A stretch of 64,000 nt of DNA from Podarcis tiliguerta (taxonomy: Eukaryota): assembly GCA_965153285.1 (NCBI GenBank), contig OZ229110.1. One strand, given 5' to 3'. Positions within the stretch are counted from its first letter, which is position 1; each line of letters opens with the position of its first letter. The notes beneath the pieces were generated by a model. That model was not told the origin of the DNA, did no database searches, and saw nothing but the letters and a program-made list of their open reading frames with translations. Shown here one piece after another: positions 1 through 12,117 of the stretch. A program made the position numbers and the translations under genes.

Positions 1-170
1 CATCTATTTCTATTTGAATCATAAATGAACTGTTTGTAAGCTGCAGCTGGTCTGGAACATTGATGCTTGTTTGAATTAAGGTGTATTTCTATATAACTGT
101 TTTCTCTAGAACCGGCATTCATTTGTTCACCTAATTATTATGGATCATCCGGATGACATCATTGCCATCC

Positions 171-1811
171 TGTATTTATGGTGGTACTCTTGTCTTTAGT
201 CAGACCTGGTTCCTGCTTATTGCAGTTCCAGGAATGGCTGGCAAAGTGTTATTAAGGTGCCTGGCGAAGGAACAAGCACAGGAGAAGATGATGTTCCTGG
301 CGATGCCCCACCTTTTCCTGGTTGTATTGCTAATGGGCTATGTGGAGAAATATATTTACCAGGACAGGGTTTGTTTTATATACAACATAGAAGAGTTGCT
401 GTGTATGGGGAGTTATGCGAAGGGTTAAGCTTGTAATATTAAGTAGGTGGTTGGCAGCTGGCAGTTAGTTGTGTAAGACCAGACTGCGAAGAGATGGGTT
501 CTTTTTATACAGAAGTAGTGGGCTGTAAAAAAATTCTTCTGATTGGCTTGCTAGGCAAAATGTTTGGGAACTTACTGGATTGGAAAAGTGGTCTGATGAG
601 AGGGAGAATGCTGTGCCATTCAAATTTGATTGTTAGAAGGGCAGGTTGGCAAATAAAAAGGCCAGTTCTACCACTGTTCAGGGAAAATGAGACTAGGAAA
701 TGCAGTGGAATAGAAGAAGGAGCTGGGTGAAAAGGCTAAATATGAAGAATACAGGAGTAAAGGCTGGGAGAAAAGGCAGAATATGATGGAAGGCAGAAGG
801 CTACTGAAGCTGGGAAATACCTGGCAGTATAGTCTGAGAGAGCTGAATTTCTGGCTTAAGCTGAAGATTGTCAGAGAGGTCATCGAAGGACTGTGAGCGT
901 TGAGAAGAGTTCAGCCAGAAGCTTCTGGAGCTGACCAGAGAGAGAAAAGCCTAGTCTGCAGATTCTTCTGTACCTGGTGGTGTTGAGATTGGCTGACTGG
1001 AGAGAAGAGAATAAAGGTACAGTGGTACCTCGGGTTAAGTACTTAATTCGTTCTGGAGGTCCGTACTTAACCTGAAACTGTTCTTAACCTGAAGCACCAC
1101 CTTAGCTAATGGGGCCTCCTGCTGCTGCCGCACCGCCGGAGCACGATTTCTGTTCTCATCCTGAAGCAAAGTTCTTAACCTGAAGCACTATTTCTGGGTT
1201 AGCGGAGTCTGCAACCTGAAGCGTATGTAACCTGAAGCGTATGTAACCCAAGGTACCACTGTATATGGCATATACATATAGGAGAAGGAACTAAGATTTT
1301 ATCATCCGTTTTATATAAGCTTCTCCATTTCCAGACAACTATAGGTCTATAGATGAAGGTAAACAGCATAGTACAGGTATATGGTGGCAGTGGTTAAAAA
1401 GTGTGAAAAGTAAGTGCCATGGTAGGAGTAAAGTAGAAACTCTTGTACACACTTGGTGAATCCGCAGCGTTAAATAGAAGCTGGTTCTCTAATATGAAGT
1501 GGACACTGTCCATGTTTTTTAACAACACTTACGGTAATTGTTGTTCCAGAATGAGTGAGGTATACACTACTGGGAATAAGCAGAGTATGACTTTAAAAAA
1601 AAGTATTTTCCATTCCTGTGGGTTTGCAACAACACAACTGCAGTTTACCCTGCAGGTCTGGGTTTGGTGCAGCCACTCCTTGACTTTGTCTTGACAAGGG
1701 GAAAGACTTGACAAATGGGTGGTAGTGGATTGGTCAGGTATAGGCAAGTGCAGCTAAAATGATGCTTGACTAGTTCAGGGGTGAAGGTGCAAATTTGAAG
1801 GTTCTGTGACA
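171..1811. mobile_element. Probable solo LTR (contains the 1020-1261 MITE)
   Basis: Begins TG (171) and ends GTGACA (1811), flanked by 4-bp direct repeat ATCC (167-170, 1812-1815). Purine-rich, LTR-like interior; no internal ORFs recognised. Confidence 0.35.
1020..1261. mobile_element. Tc1/mariner (pogo/Tigger-like) non-autonomous MITE
   Basis: Terminal inverted repeats CAGTGGTACCTCGGGTTA / TAACCCAAGGTACCACTG, TA on both sides; related copy at 41843-42043. Confidence 0.9.
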
Positions 1812-4800
1812 ATCCTAGATCTAACAAGAAAGAGAATGAGGAGAGACCTAGCTGTAAAACTAACCAAGTGTAGGAAGAAGAGTAACTGAAGCAGTCTGAG
1901 TAACCAAAAGACTAAACTGAGAAGGAAACAAAATTAACAGGAAACAAACCTAACCACAAACTTTGCTGTGGATGTTATTTGGAATGAATCATTTGTTCTC
2001 ATCATCTTCAAAGTAACATTTTCCCTTCGATTCTTCCAATTAACTGTGTTCTATCAAAAGCTCATAAACAATGCCATATAAAAATTCTGTTGAGTCCCAA
2101 GAAATATGGTTTGAGTCTTTCCAAGCATAGGGTAGCTTTACAATTAATGTGAAAAGGGCTGAATGGGAGTGAGCTTGAAGTCCGTTGTGGCTGTGTCATA
2201 GTTTGGTCGTTTTGACTGAACCAAGCTTTCACATACACCTAACTGTTCTCTCACTATTTTCAGATTCTCCTCAGCTCTTTTTTCTCTTTACATGCCCTCC
2301 AGGGAGGTTTGATGGTCCTATGCAAGCATTGCTATGAAAGTGAGCAGCTTATCAGGACACGTGGAGGCACCATGAATTCTTCCACGAATTTGTTTAATCC
2401 AGTTTTATTTTTAAACCACATTCTCCTCCCGTCCGTAGTTTCTGGGGCTTGACTTCTTTCCTTTTTCAGGCATAGTCTAGTCTGTTTCATCCTTTTTGTC
2501 AAGGTTGCTAGTGGACGTCATGTGCGTTTGTATTAACTGGCTGGTATTCAAGATGTTTAAAAGTCATCTAAAGCTAAAACCTCCCCTTTGCTGCCGTTTC
2601 TGATACAAAAGCTTTTAGTGAAGTCAACAGATGGTTTAGCGTTCAGTGAGTGCTTTTTCTTTCCTCCTTGTACTTGGCTACTGTTTTTTCTTCTCTAATG
2701 AACTTTCCGTTTAAGACTGTTTAGAAACAAAACAGTCCGTATTGGATAGCTCTGTGGAACTCTGATGGAAGCATTTAACAAATTACTTCTGAATATGAAT
2801 GAGTGTTGCCTTTTATTTCAGTTAAAAGTTATTTATAGTTTATCACGGTGCTTTTTAAATTGATTGCGCAAAGATGCTTGGCCAATAGCATGAAGAGTAA
2901 TTGCATCATGGACATTTTGAGTGCAAAAAAGGCTGCTCACTTCACATTGTCTGCTTTTGGCAGAAGACTGTGCTATGGCTTAATATGATTATTCATGGAC
3001 TTCCTTCTGGCTACATAGCCCAAATGAGTATGCTTTGTTTTGCTTTTGTTTTGTTTTAATCTAAAACAATTGTTCACATATAAATTTCAGTATTCCCCCA
3101 GCTTGCATTTCCCTTAAGTGGCTTCAGCTGAATTCTTAGAAGAGTGCCAGAAGAGGTTAAAATCCCATAGTAACTGGGATTACACCAAAGGTTCTCTGTG
3201 CTGTGAGCTGCTTTCCAGTAAGGTCATTGGTGCCTGGCTATGCTTTTAATGATCTCTACTTCTCCAGAGGCCATGCCTGATCATTGTCTAAATTGACAAA
3301 CGGTGACTTCACTGCCTGAGCTCTTCAGTTTTCCTTTGCAACATCTGCCGCAACTGCACAGCTGTGCCATATTCTGATGCGGCCCAAAGACTCTTGTTCT
3401 ATTTTGAGGTGAAGCTATTGTAAATCGCATAATGTTTAGCATAGCAAGGAAGGGAGTTTGGCCAGCGTTTTGACACCGTATGGACGATGGCGGTGTGTTT
3501 ACCCCAACAACGGTTGTCATACAGATTAAGCATATTTGAAACTCCTGTTAGCAGCGTTAAAAAAAAAGAGAAGGGAAGAAAAAGAGAAAGCGGTTGTTGC
3601 TGAGGAAATGAAAGCAATGTCTTGTTCCTACTTGTACCTACACAATGTGCCTCCATTTGCTTGGCTCAGTGTTCCTTACTTCATCTCCATAAAGCTGATT
3701 TAATGTAGTTATTTAATGTGCCAGATTAGATTCTGTGGCAGTCTAATCCAGGGGCAGCCAGCATGGTTTTGAACCACAACGCCCTTCGCCCCAGGCTATT
3801 GGCCATGCTGGCTGAGTTGTAGTGTACAGTATCTGGAGAGAACCACTTTGCTTGTTCTCTGCTCTACTCATTATGAAAGCACATAATGGTAAGCCATTGT
3901 GGTTTGGTGGTCAGAGTATTGAATTAGGAATGGGGAGACCTGGGTTCAAATCCTTACTCAGCCTTGAGGCTCAGTGGGTGAATTTGAGCTCATCGCCGTC
4001 TCCTAACTTCTGAAAATAAAATGGGGTGTGGTGGAGGGAGAAGAACAATGTATGCCACTCTAAACTTAGAGGAAATATAGGGTGACAAAGTAGAAAGGAT
4101 AAAATCTAAGGCCTTCATAGGATGGCTGATCTTACTTTCATAATTAAATATGACTCACTTTTTCTGCACTACAAAGTGCTAAGCATGATATAAATATCTT
4201 GCTTGGAAACTGCTTGGGAGATTCTGGATTTCATCAGAAACTTACCTGGTTCCTCATTGAAAAGGTCAGTCAGGGTTCACAAGTTGCACTGGAATAGATT
4301 GCTGGCCCATTTCCGCTGAGCATAGCTGCTAGGAGGTATGGTGCTCACCCTCCTAGAATATTGTCCCTAGCATTCCGGAATGCACCTGGGGTTCCATTGC
4401 CGACAAACTGATATCAAAAGGTTTCCCTAAAAGTAAGAACAAAAACAACAAAACTTTAGAATGGTGTTGGAGACATGTCCAAAAATCCACAAATGTTTTT
4501 TATTAGTGACACCTCAGTGGCAAGTAATGGCAGGCAGACAAGTTTTTCTGAAAGGCAAGTTGGCCATCTTATTGTTATCCAGTGTACAACTGCTGGGAAT
4601 TTGGTACATTCTCAGGCACAGGCTCAAGCCTCACCAGCAACCAGAAAACAAATTAAACATGCCCCAGAATACTTTGCAGTGCACAGAATGTTCTCTGGTA
4701 GATACAGCTAAGTAGCACTTTTTAGAAGTATGAAGCTTTGAGGAACCAACATAGCATGATCAGCAGTTTTGATGCCATTTTTGTAAGGTTTTTTCCATTG

Positions 4801-5025
4801 CTCATTCCATGTTCCCAGTGCTCAGCAACTATGTCTCCATATGTTGTGGCAAGAGCTTCCTTTCCCAAGAAAATGGCTTGGGTCGTTGACACGATCGCCC
4901 CTGAGCGCCCTCTCCTGCTTTGTGGAGCCTGCTTGGCTCCCTGGTATTCTCCAGAGCTTTGGACGAGGACACAAGCTCTCTGTGACTTGTTTGCAAAGCA
5001 TTTTGAAGATAAAATGACTTGTATC

Positions 5026-5393
5026 AATCAGGATCTTGACTGCTGTTACAGCAGATGAATCTCCACCCCCTGTCTCTCCCATTTCCTTATTTGTCATTCT
5101 CATCATTTCCTCTATGGGTGCCCTCTGTCTTTGAGCTCTTTGCTCTCCTACTTTCAAGGCTCGTCGGGTTTTGGGAGATGGAGGGGCTGGGATGCTTTCT
5201 AATGACACCGTGTTAGTCAGCTGCCACTCCACTTCTGCCTCTTCCTGTCCCATTATTTCCCAAATTTTCCCCTCACCTGCCTCTGAGCCGTGACACCCCC
5301 CCTCAAACCACTGTTGTGAATCTATACTGTCTTCCCTGGAAGGGTTAGGTTGGGGAGGCGGTCTCCACCATTCTTGCTGCCCAGTCCCTGACA
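5026..5393 (-). mobile_element. Probable solo LTR (Gypsy-like)
   Basis: Minus strand starts TGTCAGGGAC (5393) and ends in the degenerate inverse GATCCTGATT (5026); purine-rich LTR-like body. Confidence 0.5.
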
Positions 5394-5660
5394 GTGGGTG
5401 GCATCACTTTGCGGTGGTTCTGGTCCTACTTGGATGGTTGTTTCCAGAGGGTGATTGGGGAGTGCTCTTTGGCCCCGTGGACTCTTCAGTGTGGGGTTCA
5501 TCAGTGTTTGATTTTTATGGAAATAATGCTGATTTTCTATGACCTTTTAGATAATTTTTGTGGGAGAGGAGTTATTGGTTCATTTTTGTTTTGTGTATTT
5601 TGTGTTCTCATTTTGTATTTTTCTGTTGTGACCTGCCCTGTGATCTTTGGATGAAGGGCA
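5394..5660 (+). mobile_element. L2 LINE fragment (RT piece plus 3' end)
   Basis: Translation GGITLRWFWSYLDGCFQRV...WTLQCGV matches the L2/CR1-clade RT motif LxWFxSYL...GVPQ. Confidence 0.7.
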
Positions 5661-6078
5661 GTGTACAAATTTAATAAATCATCATTGCCATCAAGGTGGC
5701 ATACATCAGCTTTTGCTAACTTGGTGCCCTATAGATGTTTTAGAGTACAACTCCATAAACCCCAGCCTGCAAGGGTTACTGGATGTTACTGGTGAGAGTT
5801 GGTACCACGTTGGCCTGAGTCACAAGTGTGTGACCCAGTGTCATACAGTGAGTTTCATGGCCTAGTGGTGATTTGTCTCTGAGCATATATTGCCACTCTA
5901 ACCGCTACACTGTGCTGGCATGTACATCACTCTGTGGTTTGATTCATGGCACCATTCTCTTTGAAATTGCTAGTGGACAAAGAATTGGACATTGCTTACA
6001 GGAAGTAGAGCTTACTGGTGCCCTTCAGCAAATCATTCTCTCTTAGCCTAAGTCTGCTGTTGAAGTCTTCACTGATAT

Positions 6079-6645
6079 CTTCTTCTTTGGCGATCACTCA
6101 TACCAGAGTAAGATTGTCTTCCATAAACTCGGTCTTAACAGTGACTCCATAAATGACTGTGGAGGCCAATTCTGGATCCACACGTCCTTCCACAGTGGGG
6201 ACATAGGTTTCTGGGTGGGAATTCATCACGGTGAGGGTTTGCCAAATGTGCCTTCCTCTTAGCATGTTTCTTCCTTTCATCCTGAGTTTGCACATCTTCA
6301 AAGTCCATGACACCTTTGGTAAAGGCTGTTCTCCAATTGGAGCGCTTGCAGGCCCAGTGTTTCCCAGTTATCAGTGTTTATACTTCATTTTTAAAGATTT
6401 GTTTTGAGAGATACTTTAAACCTCTTTTGTTGACCACACCAGCATTATGCTTTCCATTTTTAAGTTCGGAATAGATTAGTTGCTTTGGAAGACAATAATC
6501 AGGCATCTGAACAACATGACCAGTCCAACAAAGTTGATGTTGAAGAATCATTGCTTCAGCACTGGTGATCTTTGCTTCTTCCAGTACACTGGCATTAGTT
6601 CGTCTGCCTTCCCAAGCGATGTGTAAAAAATTTTGGAGACACTTC
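6079..6645 (-). mobile_element. RTE (BovB-like) LINE 3' fragment
   Basis: Minus ORF HIAWEGRRTNASVLEEAKITSAEAMILQHQLCWTGHVVQMPDYCLPKQLIYSELKNG is typical of the RTE RT C-terminal region; short (GAA)n-like tail near 6080. Confidence 0.85.
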
Positions 6646-9600
6646 AAAATATACTTCAGCATTGGTCTAGGCATGGGGCAAAATGTGGATATTAATGCTT
6701 TAATATTTAAATGCCATGGTTTATACCACTTGTGCTTATTGTCCACGGATAATAAATCATCCCCTATGTAGATCGAATAATCATGCTTAACTTAAACAAA
6801 CCACAATGGGCGACAAACAAAGCAGATATACTCAAGAAATGCAAGTTGCTTGAGGTGACTTTCTCAACAAGCTAAGAAGCTAAATGGGAAGACTGCACCC
6901 CACGCAACACCCTGTGGAATTTTACTCAGATGTATCTCCATGTCACCAATCATCCTGTCTGTGGTACTACTTTATTACTCATAGTTGTCTGTAGCCATTA
7001 TCCAGTGGAACATCTAATCCTAAATACGCTTGCCAATTCATATGTCTGTGACGTTTGTGGAATCTCTCTACGGTATCTTATTATCTTAAGTTTTAAATAC
7101 CACACTTGTTGCTAGCCAACCTTTTTTGGTAAAGAGATGCTGTCACCCTCTTGAAACAAACAATACGTTTGAAAAGAAAATATATCTTCCAAAAGTAAAA
7201 TATAAAGTAATACAATGGTCTCAAGCTGGTTCATGGATAATGTCTTTGGGGACAGGCTCACCTTTACCCGATTCTCTGTTCAGCTTCAATACAGCAACTG
7301 AAATATTGGGAAATAGTTATTCTTTAGTCACCATGGGACGTTTCTTTTAATTGCTATGTATTGCCAGAAGTAGTTGTGAAGCTCAGCTTGCATTGTAAAG
7401 AGCAGTCCTGCTTTGTGTTTAGAGTGTTTTATTGAGAACCAGGAGGAAAAGTAAAAGACCTGGAATGGTATTGCTCAGTATTGTGTATAATGCTGAATTT
7501 CTATTTTGATGTCTTTCAACAGTGGGGTGTAAATAAATAAAAAAGATGTGACCTTCCTTTTGCCAATGCATTGTAAAAAAAAAAAGGGGGGGGGGAATGG
7601 TCCCGGTTGTTCATATATTAAGAATGCCAGAAAGAAATTTTTCACTAGGTTGTGTAGGCCTGGCTACTGTAGTCACTGGAACTAAAGTATGCAGTTCCAC
7701 CCACTTTAAAGCACAATAATTTTATTTCAGTGAAATTTGGGATTGGTAAACTTCTTTTGTGTTGCACCCAATGACTTTTCTCCTGATAGTGATTATATTA
7801 TACCATCTGGCATATTTGAGTCAGGAAACGGAAACCAGATTAGAGAAAAACATAAATGTTAATCAAAGTTGGATCTGAGATAAATTTCATACTACTCAAT
7901 GCATATTTTCCTTGTACTTATGTGCTGTGAAATCAGACATAATTAATCAAGAAGCCATTGGGTTTTTCAAAGCTTCACACTGCAGCTTGGTTTTATCTGT
8001 AGCCCAAATACATGGTAATGAAGAAGACACAATTATTGTAATGAATCTGATTTAACACATACATACTGCACATACAAATATGAGCGACCAAACTAAGGTT
8101 TCTTGAACAAGGTGTGTTTGAAAAGAAGTTGTGTGGGTGTGATAAATACTTTCAAGGAGCCTGAAGTTTGGGACAGGAAGGTTAATGAGAGGCCAGAATG
8201 ACTATAAATGTTCCAAGTCGCCAGGCACATCTGTTGTTAAAGACGTTACTGGTAAATGGCCTAAAATGGCTAGGAAATAGATACCTCTCTGAAATGTGAG
8301 AGCCAGTTTTAGCAGAAAGCAAGTCTTTCTCCCCCACTCTCTCTGAAACAGAAACACAAATTGCAGTTTTGAGTGGGGCAGAGAGAGAGGACCAGCTTTG
8401 AACTCTGGAAAGCACCTTTTGGGGACTGCCTCATTCTGCAGAACCGACAAAGGGCAATAGATTTTGCTGTTTGTGGTAGATATGCCTATTGGTGCTCATA
8501 TTCAGGGACAAATAACACAGCACCACAGCTTAAATCTGAATTCATGGCAAACATATAGAAGAACGATGCTTTGCGCCATCAAGACCCTAATATTATTGGA
8601 GCTTTCAGGCTCCACTTCTCACTTCCTGCCCATGTCTCAAACATTCTGCTCTGAACCGCAGAAACCAGAAACGAAAATCCCAAAGTTAGATGAGCACTTC
8701 CTGGTCCCCATGGCAACCATCTGCAGTTTTGCATGCTTGAATACTAGTTCTCTTTCCCCTTTTTTTCCGTGAAGCAAAGCAATATTTCTGCAAATACTTT
8801 GCTGCTGCAGTCACTTTGATGTGCCTACACATCTCTTAATTACATGGTGCACTAAGTTTTAAAATATAAAATGGTAGCCTGTCTGAGTGTGAAACCTGCT
8901 GGTTCTGTACTTAAAAAGAAAAGAAAACACAGAGGGGAAAATAACCCTCATTATTATTAACATTCAACATTCGTCATAGAGAAGAAATGTTTGCATATAC
9001 TTATTTCAAGTAACGGATGTAAAGCCAGGCTGTTGTGAATGATTAGCTCTGTGTGGTTATGTTAGCAGGGATGAAAAAGACTCTTTGGCTCTTACATTTG
9101 AGCCCTTGGTTTCTGAAAGCCACATGGCAATTTCCTAAACAAATATCACTTCTTTGTGGGAAAGTTGGGTGTACTGTATCTGTTCCCCCACGTCTGCATG
9201 CACTGAATAGTGTGGCTTCAGGCCATTGTCCCTTACCCATGATGAAAAGGAGGCCTTAAACATGTTGCTTTATGCAAACTAGATGCCATTTTCCCACATA
9301 GAAGGTGATATCCATTTAGAGTATCATCATATGGGAAGTGTCTTTAAAACAAGGGACAGAAATCTCTCTGAAAGAGAGATAGTCGCTTGGAAAGGATTCA
9401 ACTGTGTATACTTCAGCCTAAACTGCAGCTTTTCCTGAAGAAAAATAGTGGCCAAGTGACAAAGAATGGAAAATCATCAGAGGTGTTGACAGAAGTCTAA
9501 AATATTGTATAAGATAAGAAGATATGTTGTATGACTGTTGGAACTGATATGCTAAAAAAAAATCAATAAAAATGTATATAAAAAAAGAAAAATAGTGGCC

Positions 9601-11951
9601 ATTGGGAAGCTTATTGTAGTAGCATTTATAGGGTTGCTTAACAATCCCCCCAGCAGCCATTTTTCCTATTCAGCTTGCAATTTCAAGCCATTGGAGATGT
9701 GGTTGGAAGCGGGTCAGGTGGAAACAAAGACCCAATTGTTTCCTGGTTCTGCCAGGAGTGGAGCTTTTCAAATCTGTGTAGTGAAGGAACTAATGGAAGG
9801 CAGGTTCCTTCTCTAGGTGAGGGCAGAATCACTGATAATTCTCCAACTTGCTTCTGTCATATCCTGCCACCGTAGTTTCCAGCAGGCATCAGAAACACGG
9901 AGGGAGAAGAACAAGGAATGTGGCTCATGGAGGACAGAGGGATAATTGTTTCTGAGAAAAACTAGAGTTGTGGCCTGACTTCAACCATCTGGGGGACGTA
10001 GAGTTTTGTTGCTACTGTCCTCAGAGCTAAAAGCTTTTGCTCTGTGTTAGGAGTGAAATGTCAATCCGTTGCAAATTTTACTTCCAGTTCAGATAGACCC
10101 TCAGTAGGATGTGCAGCAAAATCCCTGCTTCATTCTTTGTAAGGGATTGTTACCACCACTTTGCCCAGTTCCCCTTCTTTATCAGCCGTGGGGCCTACAG
10201 CTCACTAGCAATGATCTTACAGGGCGTTCTGCTGCAGAGGTTACAGGATACAAGGCAGATAGAAGAAAAAGAAGACAGGCAAAGGCTTGGCTGCGAAGGC
10301 TTGTGCTTGTGGATTAACGATCTCCATGCTCTTTAAAATCTGAAACATGCTCAGGGGCATTTCATGGTTTCATGTTGAATCACCAAAGTCTTATGGGCTG
10401 GCCGAGATTAATGATTAGGACAATTACAGCTTGTTGTGCGAGTTTTGCCTCTCTTAAGAGCCATTATTAAACAATATTGGCTTCCAGCTATGGAACATCA
10501 CATGGTGTCAGGAAAACAACATTGCCATGCCAGTGCCTGCCAGCTATGAAGGACAAAGGAAGAAGAAAATAGCTGAGGCCCAATTTCTGATTGCGTTGCA
10601 AATGGGATGGAACACTTAGGCAACACGAGTCCATCATGCTTAATGGATCAGCAACGGACACCATTTAAGGGCATTTCTCTCAGATCACATTTGAGAGGAC
10701 TTCCCTTAGGATTTCCACTGGCCCCTACTCTTATATCCTTAACATTAGCTTTCTCTGCAAACATTAGCAGGTGATATTTCCATGCTGTGAAAAGCATTAC
10801 CCGCTCCCTACCTCTACTATAGTCTGTCTTTCTTATTAGGGAAGGAGAATATTTAGGATGGTGCTAAGGGCCTTAGAAGGACACCATTTACCTCCTGTAT
10901 GTTTGGTTGCACTATATTTTCTGACACAATGGTTTATTTGATATAAAGCCAAATTATTGGAGAAGGGCTCTAGTATTAATACTGAGAATGTAGTCAGGAA
11001 TGAAGCCATGATTTTAAAAAACCTTCCATAGAGAGGGAGAGGGAAAGTGTGTGTGTGTGTGAATCTGAGTTCCTCTCCCTCATACTATGACTGGTTTATG
11101 CCACTTGCAACCTGTGCAGTAACACTTTGCAGAATTCCAGTTAAAGGAATGCTTGACAAAAGTTGTGGACAACTGCAAATTTGGCACATGGACTAGTCTT
11201 TACTAATTGTGACTTTACTAATTGGTGAAGCACAAGTAGAGATTTATGCATTTATTTATTCCTTGGTATGCTTGACAAGGCCAGTGTTGCCTTGGAAAAG
11301 GGGGAAAAGAAACTTAAAGAATGTTGGGTAAGCATGCCCCACTTGCTCCCATGTTGGAATCCAAGCACAGTTGACATTCTGCTTGTGGAAGATGTATCCT
11401 ATGCACTTGCAAGTGCTAGTTCTCCTCATTAAATAGTGAGCGTTCCATGCTTACAAAATCCTCATAACCCACCTTTGCATTTCGGACTAATACTTATTTC
11501 AAACTTGAATGTAGATACGAACCTTGAACATTTCCTCTCCTCTTGACATGTTCTGTTCAGCTAATTTTTCTGAGGGGGGAAAAAAAAGCATTTTGAACCA
11601 ATGCCAGTCCTTAGAGAAGGTTTATGCTAATGTAAATAGATATGTTTCAGATTATATAGAAGGTATTATCAAGAGGATACTAACTCCAACATGATCCTGT
11701 CATGGAAAACTTCATTTGTAACATGAAAGAACTACTTATCATTTCCAAGGCCGGTCAAAAACATAAAATCTCCTCTGCTCCTTCCAGAACTGTATGGTTT
11801 GCTTAAAGTGCTTTTGGTTAAATAAATGGTTCGGTAATGCCAATAAAGTTTTTACTAGGATTTTGAAACAGCCAAACATCTGATATGGTATTTAAAATGT
11901 AATGGCCAGTGTCATTGTGTAATCAGTTCTTTGTTTTTCTCTAATTCACAG

Positions 11952-12117
11952 ATTTGAATATAAGTTGCAGATATGCAGGTGTTTTCCACGTTGAGAAAAA
12001 CCGCCGTTATAGCCTTTCAAGAGAAGAGGCCATTGAGCTTTGTAAAGCTCTCAACAGCACCCTTCCAACATGGGACCAGATGCAGAAAGCTTATGACCAA
12101 GGATTTGAAACCTGCAG
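11952..12117 (+). CDS. CD44: CD44 exon 2 (Link module, N-terminal half)
   Basis: cacag|...|gtagg, 166 nt. [56 protein letters not shown] aligns to human [40 protein letters not shown]...GFETCR. Confidence 0.98.

Noticed and set aside
4461-5253. Cluster of 80-140 aa ORFs as an embedded gene
   Set aside because: No recognisable domain; partly overlaps a probable solo LTR; consistent with chance ORFs.
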